Origin: Zygnema circumcarinatum SAG 698-1b
Taxonomy: Eukaryota; Plantae; Zygnematophyceae
Length of the DNA stretch: 64,000 bases
Assembly (NCBI GenBank): GCA_037447605.1
Contig: CM074808.1
Coordinates: forward strand, 1,426,001 to 1,490,000
Direction of reading: 5' to 3'
In this document: positions 34,803 through 47,983 of the stretch, one piece after another
How the letters are laid out: each line of letters starts with the position of its first letter
How positions within the stretch are numbered: position 1 is the stretch's first letter
Notes under the pieces: model-generated
The model's input: only the letters and a program-made list of their open reading frames with translations
Databases searched by the model: none
Told to the model about the DNA's origin: nothing
Made by a program: the position numbers and the translations under genes

Positions 34803-37800
34803 ATGCTTCGACCGAACATGCGGACGGAGGCCCGCAAGAAGTCGTACAAGCAGGCCGTTGATGCCGATGAGGCAAGGCGGAAGAGGGAGGACAGTATGAT
34901 TGAGATTCGGAAGAGCAAGCGGGAGGAGAGTCTTATGAAGAAGCGCCGGGAAGGCATGCAATCACAGTTGGACATGCCGAAAGTTCCGGCTGCAACTGTG
35001 GAGAAGAAGGTATGCACTGTTGCCTTTGTTCTTCTCTATTGTCGTTGCTGTGATTGTAAAGAGTCGTAATTCTGAGTTTTGTCGGTTTTTGTTCAGCTGG
35101 AGAGCCTACCAGGCATGGTTGGCGGGGTTTACTCAGAAGAGCAACAGCAGCAGCTCGAAGCAACCACGCAGTTCAGAAAGTTGCTTTCTATTGGTAAGTT
35201 CTTCATATTTTATTCTTGTATGGTTCTTTACATCGACCACGAATGCCGAAATTTATGCGGTGGTATGCTGATTGTGTTCATATTTTTGTCGACTGTGCAG
35301 AACGGAGTCCACCTATTGAGGAGGTCATCAAAGCTGGTGTTGTGCCCCGTTTCGTGCAGTTCCTTCAGAAGTATGACTTTCCCCAGCTGCAGGTGCGTCA
35401 TATGGCCTTCCTCTTTCCGGTCTTAATTTACTGTGCATGTGATGTGGTTGTGGCATTATATCCCTGCATGCAAGCTCAACCTCATTTCCTTTATTGCAAT
35501 TCTGACTCTGATTGGTGTTCTGCAGTTTGAAGCGGCATGGGCATTAACGAACATTGCGTCTGGAACGTCAGACCATACTCGGGTGGTTATCGAACATGGT
35601 GCAGTTCCTATTTTTGTGCAGCTGCTGCAGTCACCCAGTGACGATGTGCGGGAGCAGGTGATATAACTTCGCCTTAGTTTCTTGTTTCTTGGTGTCAATG
35701 CAGCTTATCGCGTGATCATCCTTTCACTTAGTGGAGTTGTACTGATTCATAAACTTCCATGTGGCGCAGGCCGTATGGGCTCTTGGGAACATTGCTGGGG
35801 ATTCTCCCAAGTGCAGGGATCTTGTCCTGAGCCATGGGGCATTGATGCCTCTTCTTCTTCAGCTAAATGAGCAGTCGAAGCTCTCTATGCTTCGGAATGC
35901 AACGTGGACTTTGTCTAACTTCTGCAGGGGAAAGCCGCAGCCACCCTTTGAACAGGTATTGTGTTATTGCGAATTATCTTTGTGAAAGTCAAACTGATTG
36001 ACGTTTCCTTCTCAGCTGATCAATAACGATGTGTACCGGTGATAGGCGATTATCAAGCGGTTGTATTGATTCCTTGTCCATGTTCAATGTGTTGATCATG
36101 TAATAAGGAGGATCATTAAGCATAGTCGCGATAGGCACGAAGTTTGCTGTTTACTGCTGGGCCGTCGCCGTTTATTCACTTGGCAGCTTCGGCAGGTATG
36201 CATAACCCGAGGCTGACTTATTTTCTCGTGTTGCAGTCGAAGCCCGCCCTCCCCGCTTTGGAGAGGCTCATTCATTCGAGAGATGAAGAAGTCCTGACGG
36301 ATGCTTGCTGGGCGTTATCTTACCTCTCCGATGGTACCAATGACAAAATTCAGGCAGTCATTGAAGCAAATGTTTGCCGCAGGCTTGTGGAGCTGTTGTT
36401 GTAAGTCATATCCTTATTCCTTTTGAATGAATTTGTTGCATATCTATTTCATTTTCTCTGCTCTTCTTGAGTACTGCGAAGATTAATCCATATGCTCCAG
36501 CTTGCCATTTGTTTCGTTGGAAAGTAAGTTAGCCGTCTTGTCATGGGTACAGGCATCCGTCACCATCGGTCCTCATTCCTGCCTTGCGAACCGTGGGCAA
36601 TATTGTAACTGGAGATGATGTACAGACACAGGTAAGTGGTTGATGTATGTTTGGGAGGGGAGTAGTCAAAATTTATCTGCCTCTGTCAAAGATATGCACC
36701 TCGTGGTTTACAATGCAATGTATTTGTATTACAGATCATCATCAACAACCAAGCCCTTCCTTGCCTTTTGGGTCTTCTGAAGAACAACCACAAGAAGAGT
36801 ATCAAGAAGGAAGCTTGCTGGACAATTTCAAACATCACGGCTGGAAACAAGGATCAGATTCAGGTACTGGTGACTCCCGGTATTGTCTCAATACTGTGTC
36901 TTGAAAATTTCTTTGCTGCAGGATGTTATGTATCATCCGCTCACTTCTTGGTCTTTCTTCCTTTGAAATAGGCTATGGGGTCTACGTTTTGTCCATAGCA
37001 CTAAAAGAGCACGCGGTTTTCCCTGTTGCAGGCTGTTATTGATGCAAATATCATTCCACCGCTTGTGGACTTACTGGCTAATGCGGAGTTCGACATCAAG
37101 AAAGAAGCTGCCTGGGCTATATCAAATGCCACGTCTGGTGGAACTCATGATCAGATCAAGTATGTTGTAGTTTCTTTTTTTTTCCCCAGTATTGTGAAGC
37201 TTTATGATCTGCTCTACTTGGGAGGTGCAAACGTGCCTTGTGGTATTCACTGGCTTACTGCTGGATACAGGCTCTCCTTTCCTCCTTTATTTTCACTTGA
37301 GTTTCTCAGGTAATTCGTTTGGAGGTTTGTGCATGCGCTTCTCTTTTCGCATCCCGTCTCCAGAGAGTGTTTGCATTAACAGTCATTTTAGCAGCTCCTA
37401 ACAAAATGTTTCTGTAAATGACAGGTACTTGGTGCAACAGGGTTGCATTAAACCACTTTGTGATTTGCTCAATACCTCGGATGCCAGGATTGTCACTGTG
37501 GCTTTGGAAGGGCTGGAAAATATTTTGAAGGTTGGAGAAGCTGAGAAGGAGCTTGGCCTTACCGGTGGAGCCAACCTGTATGTGCAGTTTATCGATCAGG
37601 CTGGTGGCCTGGATAAGATTGAGCTTTTGCAGACTCACCAGAACAATGATATCTATGAGAAGGCTGTGAAGATACTGGAGACGTATTTTGGATTGGAGGA
37701 CGAGGAAGATCAGCCCCTTGCACCCCAGATTGATGCTGATCAGCAGGCCTATGCCTTTGGAGAGACAGCACAAATGGTGCCTCCCTCTGGAGGATTTAAG

Positions 37801-37806
37801 TTCTGA
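34803..37806 (+). CDS. IMPA: Importin subunit alpha, 10 exons
   Basis: Exons 34803-35009 ([28 protein letters not shown]), 35097-35193, 35301-35392, 35526-35657, 35770-35955, 36237-36400, 36553-36631, 36735-36863, 37032-37159, 37425-37806. ARM motifs [40 protein letters not shown]. Confidence 0.98.
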
Positions 37807-38840
37807 AGAGTGAGTTGGCTTATCCACCTCGTAGTTATGCGTATCCTGCAAGGGCGTTGTGCAGATCATTTGAGATCCGTCTGGTCTTTCGATTGATGAT
37901 GAGCCTCAGATTCATGTACTTCCTCATCTTTCGTGAACCTATTTTAGCTCATCTTTGCTCTCTGTATTTTATTTTCAGGTTCAAGTACACTCCTTTACCA
38001 ATCACGGTGGATAATGCAGCATAGGACTTCGGATGATGTTTCAGACCTGTGCTCGTTATCTGGCGGGAAGCTCCAGTTTGTGACCTAACAGGCACTCGAC
38101 TGACTTTGCCTTGCGGAGCTGATCCGTGTGGCACTGACTGGCAGCAAGAATCAGGAGAGAATCGCGTGCTGCTCCAAGCTACCCGATTCTCAGTCCTACA
38201 TGACACCCGGGCGCCACACAACATCTGACTGGATTTTTGGACTGACTGAGCGGGGCTCATATTACAACAATGTGTTGTTCTGAGGCTCACATCCACCAGT
38301 CTCTCTCACGTCCGCCTAACCTCTTTTGGCTTGTCCAAGTCTGCTGGTCCTATCTGATTAGGCTTAGCGCTGACTCGAAAGCCATCACAAGCTCCCTCTA
38401 TTCTTCCGGCTTCAGCCATCATCTCCCCTGCAATGCAAGCAGCATTGCCCTCCACAGTTCAGTTCTTGACGATCTGAGCACTTTCCCGCCATTGATTGTA
38501 TCAGCTGGCCTTTGACTTCATCCATACTGGTCTCCAAGACCGGTCTTCTCAACCCCTTACCCTCTGCACCTACCCTACTGCATTAATTAACACATGGAAT
38601 GCATACAGCTGTAATCCGTTAACAGGGAAACAAGCGATTTTTTTTGGAAGTTCCGAAAACAACTCGGCAATTTGTGAGTGAAGATCCTCTAGTGGCGGAG
38701 CCATTATTGGATGCCCCTTGTGTCCTTGGCCGATCAATATCCGTATTGGAAGTACTGGCTTAGAATCCTTGGGAATTTGTTGTTTGGAAGGACATTGCAA
38801 ACATAGTGACTGAAGACCTCTCCTTGACGTGGTGGAGAGA

Positions 38841-41800
38841 CTACTCGGGGACGTGAAGATGATCAATCTTTTCTGGGAAAGCAAGTGTCGTAATAGGGTT
38901 TAATCGTAGCTTGTCAGGGTTGAAGTCGGAAAGGGAGTGGAGGGTGGGGCATAGCTATGGGAGTCAAAGACAGCGGGTAGTCGAAGACTCAGGATTCTGA
39001 CCTCTGTCCAATACCTGAGCTGGTCAGAATTTTTCTTCTGCCGTTCTGGAGTCGCTTCACGAGGGTGTGGATTTTGTAGGCGTCAAAAACTATGATGCAC
39101 ACTGTTTTTCCTTTTCGTTTTTTTCGGCGTCTTTATTCTGACTGACCATTATTCTGCATGCATTGTTTGTGTACTGCTCTCTCTCGTATGTGTAGACGTG
39201 AACGTTCTTGTGCTTTGGTCCCTTTGCTACTGGTCGAGCTAGGCGTGTTCCACCTTGGTGTGAGCGGACTGATCTTTTAGGGCTCATAGGTGTGTTGCGC
39301 AAGCAGTGTCCGTGAGATCAGGGCACATTTAAATCTTGGAGTGCAGACAGGCCAGTGCTTCTGTGGGTTGTGCCCTCACAGATTGACAAAACTGGCTGGT
39401 GACTGCACGGAAATGATTGCGTTGTTTAAGCTGTGATGTTGCCGTCTGCTAACTGATTTTGTTGTGGATGCCGTTCACCGAGCTTTAGATAGAGCTCGAG
39501 TTCAGTTGGACGGCATGGGCTCGTCTGTTGCTTTTGTTTGTGCTTGAACATGGAACGAATATGCAGCCTCGGTACAAAACCGAACAAAGAGAGTGAACAA
39601 CACACGTGATCTACATTTTGCAATCATGAGTCCCTCGGTGGCAAGTGCTAGGTATACTCGGGGCTTCAATTGGATGCGCCTTTGTGCGGATTCAATGAAC
39701 CTGTGAATCCTACATATTTCATGTACCGAATCTGACGGCGTAAGAGCCACATCATTCCAGTGACATTTTGCGCTCCAAATGGTTCCTACTTGCAGCTGCG
39801 GATGCAATCGACGAAGGGATGCGTGGGTTGGACCATAAGATAGAAAACTAGACTGGTTGGCAAGCATGAAAGTGATCAGAAAAAGCCAATAGTGGCGAGC
39901 AGCATGCAGCAACCTTGCAGAGCGCCTGCCATCAGCGCAACACTGCACGCTTCACGTCGGCTCAAGGGGGATGGAAGTGGCATTGATCTCACGATGGCGA
40001 AGCCATCAAATGGCACTGGAGCAAGTGGCAGGAGAGTGCGGCCTGCAAAGCATCCAATGCCCCTTTCTGGATGTTGTCGATGGCTTGATGCGTGCGATGG
40101 CATGCGTCGGATCCGCACAGGGGAGATTAGGCCATCTCCCTGACTCATGGACAAGTGAGCATGGAGCAACTGTTCTGCTTGTGGGGACTGGTTGTTTGAA
40201 TAAGATCTGCAGCGAATATAGTTCATGGTTCATCCAACGGAGCGTCTGCAGATAATCCTGCCTCTGTGGAACTGCCCCATGTAAATTGCAAACCTGAAGC
40301 CGGAGTGCACGGTATAGAATAGAGTGACCAGGGCACCATCGTGGTTGGATAAGAAAGGAAGAGAGAACCATGGCGGTCCTGACATAATGGAGTGCATTCT
40401 ATGCCGATATCCTTTCCCAGATACATGCATCATTCCTCGTGTTTGAAGCAATGTCCTTTGAAGTCGAGTTTCCAGCAAAGCAGGCGCAGGCTTTTGTGAA
40501 GCAGCCAGCACATGGACCTGTGAAAACTTGCATTCATGGCATGTGCAAGCCATTTTAGGTTTGGGCAGACAGACAAGCACCCAGCCAATGAGAGGTCGCT
40601 CCGCTGCTTGCATAAAGATTTCAAAACCTCCGGGCAACATCCTCCCATGTTTCAAAAAATTCAACAGGCTAACTGGCCTACCTAACTCCTACCTCCTTCC
40701 CTACCTGAATTCCTTGCAAAGGAGAGCAACATTATCTGAAACTGAAGTCGACTATAACATATAAACATTGTTGGTCTGCAAGCTCCTTTTTGTGCCTGTC
40801 CTCGGACAAAAAAAGGTAAACTGTGTACTAGCTCAAAAAACTTGTTAAAATCCTCAAATTCTGGACGCCACAGAAGGACACGTCTTTCACCCAGACAAGT
40901 AATATCCTCCTGTGCTGTCTTAGGTCGGCTCAAGTTGGGCTCATTAGAGACCCCTGAGCGAGTGCCTCCTCCACGTCTTAGCCAGATGGACGGCTCATTT
41001 TCAGTCAGTTCGTGTTTATTGGGCGGCCACTTCTGTGGCTTACGCAGGAGGGCATCACAATGAGCTGGCTCGGAAGAAATAGCCCAAAAGCCGAAGTACT
41101 TGATGCCAAGCATGAGGGGTCAATAAGCTCAGGGATTGACCCGAGATATTTTAGCACCCAGAATGGGTCCTGCGGCTGCAAACTCAACGCCAGAGCCTGA
41201 AAGAGAAGGGAGTTTTTCCTCCGTATAGCACCACCGTAGGCACTGATAAACGCTCATTCCTCCAGTAGCCGTGGATTTCTCATTACTCTCTTGATCCGGG
41301 CGGCAAGATCTTTCCTTGCTGCCGTTCTCAAACGCTTGCGGTACAGCCCTTCATAGAAAACCTGGCAGCAGAGAGACACTTCAGATAAAAAGCCTTCTCT
41401 TGAACCAAACCCCTCGAACTCTTGACAGAATAAATAATCCCCTCTGCCTCGCTACTACGCTAGTCTCTCGTTTCCCACTTTTGATGCAACCATTGATCTA
41501 TGTAGTAAACGTAGTAGCAATCACTCCGCTGAAAGCTGCCAATGTCCTCAGCGGCTTCTAAATCACATAATGGAATTCTAACCAAAATATTCTGAATAGA
41601 TCTAATAGCTGCCGACATGTAAGCAGTAGAAACAAAGGGGGGCCCTGGAAAGCCTAAAAATCTGCAAAAGAAGAAGCTTTTGGACATAGCTGAGCTTACC
41701 CGGTGTGGGTCAGTCCCATTGCATGGATAAAACCACAAGCGCAATGAATATCCGCACTGTTCAGCAATGGTTTCATTCGACTTGTGTGGCTGCCCCTCCT

Positions 41801-44692
41801 GTCCAAGGTCAGAGCATTCACAGAGTTCCCTGTATTCTGGCTCTTTCGGAGATCCGCAAGCTCGTGCCAGTAGCTCTAACTTGTTCTGCTGACCATAAAC
41901 CATCCCTGCCACAAACCCTTACACTATTCAACAATCAATGCAACAGAATAATATGCGATACAAAGGTTTCAGACTTCACCTCCAACCTGGAAGTCAAACT
42001 CAGCCAACAAAGATGATCCACCTATACTGAAAAGAAGAAACCTTTTTCCAAGATTTGCAGATTAAGAGGCGTTCACGACTGAAGAATATTAGAGAGTTCC
42101 TTGCATGACCCTTCCCGAATCTCCCAATACTCCTCTCATAACAAATTTCACTCTGGATTGGATGGAAGAGGAGAATCATAGGACCAAACATGCAAAATGA
42201 ACCAGTCTAAACAAATAGCTCCAAGTGAACTAAGTAAATTGAGAAGAAAACTACGAAACGTCCACACGAACGATAAGTATGAGAAATACCTTCCTGAAAC
42301 CGTTCTTTCGCGTCATTTCTGAAGGCCAATTGGCTTTCTATCATGATAGGGGCATGTTGCATGATATCTGTGAAACGACTCTTTGCAGAGACCCATGAGG
42401 AATTCTGCTCCTGGTGGAGTCTATGCACCGGAACCTGCGAACATGATAGAAACTTCATTAGACTTACCTTCTAGATTGTTAAACTATTTTTCTGACAATG
42501 CAAGTGACCTCAATGCTCCTGGGTCAATCCCTTTTCTCAAGTCTGGTTGGCATATCAGTCATGTGCGCTCCTAACATTTTAACTTTCCTGCCTACAACAC
42601 TAGGATTTACAACTACTGACTTTGAGGGAATAGAAGTTTCTTCGAATCAAGAGCGAAAGTCAGTAAGGAAGCATCTAGAATCATCTGTCACCTTGAAATA
42701 TTTGTAGCCCTTCTGTTCTGCTCTGTCAGCAGTTTGAACAATGGATCTCCAAGATTCTTCTGTAATGAAGTGGTTGCCATCAAATGGTAATATCCAGCGA
42801 GCACCAGACTTCACTCCATCGTCAAGGGCGACATTACGAGCCTCATTTTGAGCCGTTACTGCATCCACCCACGAGGGCTGCGGAGTCTCTCCAACCTGCT
42901 AAACCTCACCAATCTTTCAATTAGCACATTCACATACACAAAGCCAATAAATACCAATAAATTGCAGCTAACTCATTTTAGATGGCTGACCCCCCAGTCA
43001 AGCAAAGTGCGAAGGAGAATCGAAAGAAGCAGCTTCCACAGAGACAACAGAAACTCGTGAGTTGCACAATAGTGCCAGAGCTTCAACGAACTGCCGCTGG
43101 ATAATCTGAACCTCGACTTGCATTATGTGTTTGTTGCGATTTGCCAAAGCAAATCACCAGTCCACTTGAAGTTGCTTGTCCTACAGCTATTGTTCAATAC
43201 ATTAAATGACGTTCGAAGATTCTATTTGATGGTGGCAAATACATAAAGATGTATAAAGGTTAGAGGAGAACCTTCGTAACGTTGAAGTGGCGAATGATGA
43301 TATCATCAAGAGTATACCCACTGGCGAGAAGTGAGTCAATGAGTAGGCCACGCTCTGTGGCATTCATAATCTGATTTAGCACCCATCGCTTTTTGCACCC
43401 CACCAGTTCGGGTTCGTATTTCAATGCATACTGCAATGCATTCCGAACCCAATGAAACCCCAGACCGTGTCAATGCCCAGCAGGGTTTAGTAATTTGGGG
43501 GTTGGAAAGATAATAAGGCCTTCAGATTGCCTCTGAGCATTGCATGCTGGCAAAGGTTGTCGACCTTGAAAATGTAACAAATTGATCCAGCGACAAAAGG
43601 GGTCTGAACAAGGGAATGGAGTCGAAAGCAGCAACAACCATCACCACACAAGGAGGACAGGGGCCGACAAGATTCTGATAGCAAAAGAGGGAGTACGCTT
43701 TTTGACAGCTAAACAGGTAATCTTTCTTGAAGTGCTTACCCAAGTCTATCTCAGCCAACTTAAATTCTGAAATCGGCATCAAAATGCCAATGTCCCAACA
43801 TGCAAGTCCTACTGTAGAGCAAGGAAAAGCAAGAATGTTATTAACCAAAAGCGGACGAACTTAGACATTGTTCAAAAGGAACGATTGCAGACATGCATTT
43901 TATCTAGGCACCAAGTTGCACGAAAGATAGTATTGCACAGCTTGTTGAATCATTGATCAAGATTTGTATGCACTACCCCTGTGGAGCCAGAAAAGACTGA
44001 TCTGACAATGATCAATCAAAGGATCAAAACTTGAAAATGCATACAAAAACCAATATATTGTATATTGTAGAATAAGTGACCCTGTCCCGCATTGCACTTC
44101 TTACAGGAATGAGGGAGTTCTACCGGACTTCCTGCAGACCAATAGTTTCAACCGGACAGCGGCGCAATTTAAACGCGATCTTTGCCTGCATCGAACAGGA
44201 CGAGTTCGGCATCTGCAGCGTTTGCAGCAGCAATTGAAGCTCGTAAAGAAAGCCATTACGGACAGCATTTCTCTCAGACTGCTCGAATCAGGAACCTTTT
44301 GTGATGTAATCCATATCCATGAAACGGAGCCGTGCAATTTCATAGCAAACCAATACCTGAGTATTCCACAATAGCTGGCTTGGACACTGCAATGGAGGCA
44401 TGTTGTTTCCAATAACGCGGTACAGCATGAATCGTACGGAGCGTGCTGTATTGTCCACTGCCTGAGGCTCCAGTACCGAGCAAAGTGTCTTTGCATCTCG
44501 GAGCACGGGATAGATAAAAAGCACATGAAAGCTGCAGACGATAACTACAGTGAGTGCAAACTTCTTTCCTGAGAACCATGGCTCTGTTTGCACCGTCTGC
44601 CTTAGTCCTAATGAATTAAACCTCCTCGGGCTCTCTCTGGAGGGCCGGTGCTCTTCAAATGCTGCTCGTGGCAGCATTCCGCGCACATTCAT
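38841..44692 (-). CDS. Type II membrane glycosyltransferase-like protein with an unrecognised C-terminal region (about 13 exons); a short form could stop at 41254
   Basis: Exons 44692-44357 (TM KKFALTVVIVCSFHVLFIYPVL; LYRVIGNNMPP), 43430-43272 (YEPEL...KRWVLNQI), 42895-42692 (QNEARNVAL...ARWILPFDGNHFIT), 42434-42290, 41905-41700 (YGQQNKLELL), 41361-41287 or to TGA 41254. Then in-phase candidate exons 41175-41044, 40909-40833, 40668-40581, 40517-40425, 40293-~40150, ~39925-39620, ~39090-39017, 38872-38841. The N-terminal half is well supported; the C-terminal model is tentative. Confidence 0.7.
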
Positions 44693-44737
44693 GCTGCCTT
44701 GATCCTCGCTGGCTGCCTGCGCAGATTGCGAGCTTCC

Positions 44738-44830
44738 TTACGGCGAGCAGAATGCGAGGGAAGCGCCCCCTGCTCGTGCTCGTGCTCGTGCTGTGCCTTT
44801 GAGCGAGCGCGCAGGGGGGCGGAGAGGCAT
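44738..44830 (-). other. 30-codon upstream ORF in frame with the GT-like start
   Basis: ATG 44830, TAA 44740-44738; 138 nt upstream of and in frame with ATG 44692. Confidence 0.5.
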
Positions 44831-45792
44831 TGCTTGTTTGCCCGCCTGTCTGTCTGTCTGCCTGATCTCGCTTTGCGGCGCTTTATTTAATTATTTATTT
44901 GCCACCAGCGGCTCTTCCTCCCTCCCTCATCATTGCGTTGCCCGGCCGCCCCGAGGGAGGGAGGGGAGGGAGAAAGCCTCATCATTGCAAACTTGAGAAA
45001 TAGGCATACAGTAGGACCCATACAGTATAGGCATATAGGCATACAGGGCTTGACTTTGTAGGAGGTGGTGGTACTATATCGCGGTGTTTGTGACTTTATT
45101 GAGGCGGAAGCAATAAAAACAACATAGCAGATGAGCTATTCTGATGTCGCCGCCATGGAGGGAGATATACTACTACTGGTTTTTCCTTTGAGGCGTATAT
45201 GAACTTTTTATTTTATCACGCACTGCCCTCGGGGGCCCTCAGACACGGCAATTGTGCTGCCCTGAGTGCTCCAAGGCCTTGTACTGGGCCCTGTTTTCAC
45301 TCTGAGTAAACTGCGATCAGATCAGTCCTCACCTGTTGGGTCATTCATTGTATATGCTTTTCCTTTCCACAGCAAACTTGAAGGTGGACCGATTGCCTGA
45401 AAGGGTTTACCAAACGCTAATCACAGCCTTTTGCACAATGACCCAAATGCTCGTACAAAAGAAAACAGAAACGAGTTTCAAGACATGGACGCGGCCGCCA
45501 ACATGCATCCTCATTGTAATATACGGCGGCTGGTGGGACCCAATACCACATCACTACCACCTGCCTTCCTGTGAACTCGATACAGCATTGGAGTAACCAG
45601 GATCAGGTGGCCAAACCCTAAAGCAGCAGAAACGACAATCTAGAAATAAATGGATTCGAATAACCAATGAAGGGCTCATGCAAAGCCATGCAGCTAATCC
45701 TAAGTCAAGCCTGCCCAACAACTTTCAGACAAAACGGTAAGACAAGGAGGGTTCAGGCCACCAAAGCCTTATCACTCTTTGGAAAAATTCAT

Positions 45793-47260
45793 TTAAGGTA
45801 TGAAAATGATGTCCTCTGGCCTCACTAATTCCGGCGCTATCGCCCTCCTCCCTCTGATTTCACGATTGGGGCCTCGTTTCCTAAATGCAAAAGTCATATA
45901 CAAGTAAGCAGCATCCCACTCTTCGTCTCTTATCTCTTCGTGCCATTTGGCACCAACTATTTTCTTCATCAACTCTGCATTGTCTGCATCAAGACTGTGC
46001 TCGTGTATGAACTTATGGAAGTTGGCCTTCATTTCAAGTTCCAAGTCATACTCTTCGGCCAGATTCTCCAAGGCATGGAAAGGAACCAGCCACTCTGGAC
46101 AATCAACAGCATCCTGCAAATGGAAGTCATACTTGATTCCAAAGGGCCTTTGAGAGGGGAAGCGTTTATCTTCGTATCGGTCATCAAAGCGGATGCTGTA
46201 CACCTGGTTGCCAAACCCGATGCCCTTTGAGGCCCGCAACTTCTGTACAATTGTATTTGCATCTGGCAGGGTTCCAATGAATGCTCCACCAGGACGAAGC
46301 AAAGCGGATATGTTTCTCAGTGCTTGGCGTGCACGCTCTTCTGTCTCAAAGCTGTAGTGAAAAGCAAACTGGCAGCTCACGATGTCAAAAGGAGCTAGGT
46401 CGCTCAGCGCGTCTTCTATTGAAACCCCCCAGCAGTCAGCACAGAGGAAGCGGGCAGGGAACCTCATAGGTTGATTCCTTCGCCTGTGCCGACTGTCAGT
46501 CTCACCATTATAGCGTTTCCGGGCATCCTCTATGGAGCCGTCAGCTACATCCACTCCGGCCCAAAAAGCGATCCTCACCCTCTCCCACTTGGCCAGGTCC
46601 CCTCCCTTGCCACATGCCAAATCTAGAACATAGTCGTTCGGTTTTGTGTACATTCTAAGCAGCACCGACTTAACCCAATTGTTTAGCTTCTTTAGATGTA
46701 TAATAGGGGACTGTTCTCTTTCCGTCCGCGATTGATTCTCACGCGAGCTATAATGATCTGCCACTTGGCGCACCAATGGATCGCCAGGCTCTGCATCAGC
46801 CCAGTTTTCAACGGCCTGTCGCTTTGATGCTGGTCCATCATCCGCATGGAGGTCATCGGCATCACCAGCCGGTTCATCATCTGTGCCCATCCAGCTATTG
46901 CTGTCATGCCCTTGGCGCAAAATCAGACCAAAAAATCGTTTGAAAGACAATTTAGAATATAAAATAGGACTGCAGCAATTTCCTGTCTGAAATTCACTGC
47001 CTGCGAAACTACTCCAACGCCAGACTACAGCTGCACATCCAATCCTGACTTACTAAGGGGGACATGCGAGCCCCAAAGTCCGAAAGACCCTGCCAAATGT
47101 AAAAAGGCTATAAGAAAGTAGAGGTAACCAATGAACGTTCATCCATCAAGCCACACTGGGGGTGCTTAAACATAGTGCCATCACAGTCAAACTCACCCCA
47201 CCCGGCGTTCACACGGGGCAGGCTTCCAGCTGTACCCCGCGCACTCCGCTCAGCCAGCAT
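45793..47260 (-). CDS. RNMT: mRNA cap guanine-N7 methyltransferase; catalytic domain in one 1.1-kb exon
   Basis: ORF 46910-45793 with LKKLNNWVKSVL, VLDLACGKGGDL (SAM motif I), FDIVSCQFAFHYSF, FIGTLPD, DCPEWLVP. A possible short first exon 47260-47197 (G|GTGAGT) splices in phase; otherwise the start is ATG 46890. Confidence 0.96.
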
Positions 47261-47872
47261 TGGAATCACGCGAAATCGGCGCCATGGCCAGCGCTCGCAG
47301 CTAAGCGCCCATCTGCAGGGCGAGGGGCAGCTCGCTCCGCAGAATACAACCCTCACCTCCCGCCCCTCAAGCAGGGAAGAAAGGGCGGGGCGGGGCGGAG
47401 GGAGGGGCCCGCCCCCTGCGCCTGCAGGGGAGGGTTATGTTCTGTGCTCCCAGTCCCAGTTCTGTTACGCGCGACTGTGCACATGCAGAAAATCCAGGAA
47501 ATTACAGACCCTTAAGTAGCCCCGAGGGCCCTAGGCCCTATATATGGCCTATCAAGGGGTTGGGAATAGTTCGTTTTGAGCGACTGAAATAGTTAGTCAC
47601 TGAGACTTGGTTAGGAAAAAGCGATGAGTTATGGCTAACCATACTGACTAGTTGATTAGTTGAGAAAGGAGTCTTGATGACTGAGCATTAGTAACACAAT
47701 ACTACGGAAATGAACTCACAAAATTTAACCATATTTTTCTACTGTTTGATTAGTCACTCTGTTCTTTTCTGTAAAGTCATTGCCTAGTTCCTTTCTTCAG
47801 TCATCGCTAGGTGGCTACCCGATGCTCTTTTCAGTCATTAATCGATGGCTATGAGAAACAAAACTACCTAAC

Positions 47873-47983
47873 AAATGGTTCGAATCACTGGCAATGGTTG
47901 CGAATCCAATGGTTGGAACCAACCATTGGCAACGGTTGCTTGGCTTGCGAATCCATGCTTGGCAACCAGGGGCAATGGTTGGT
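47873..47983. promoter_or_regulatory. Repeated AATGGTTG motifs and a perfect hairpin in the RNMT / UVH3 divergent promoter
   Basis: AATGGTT(G/C) or AACGGTTG five times; CCAATGGTTGG-AA-CCAACCATTGG at 47906-47929. Confidence 0.5.

Noticed and set aside
40682-41113. 143-aa ORF as an independent gene or bicistronic partner 140 bp downstream of the GT-like stop
   Set aside because: Strong canonical splice sites explain it better as exons and introns of the same gene; kept only as an alternative if RNA-seq lacks the junctions.
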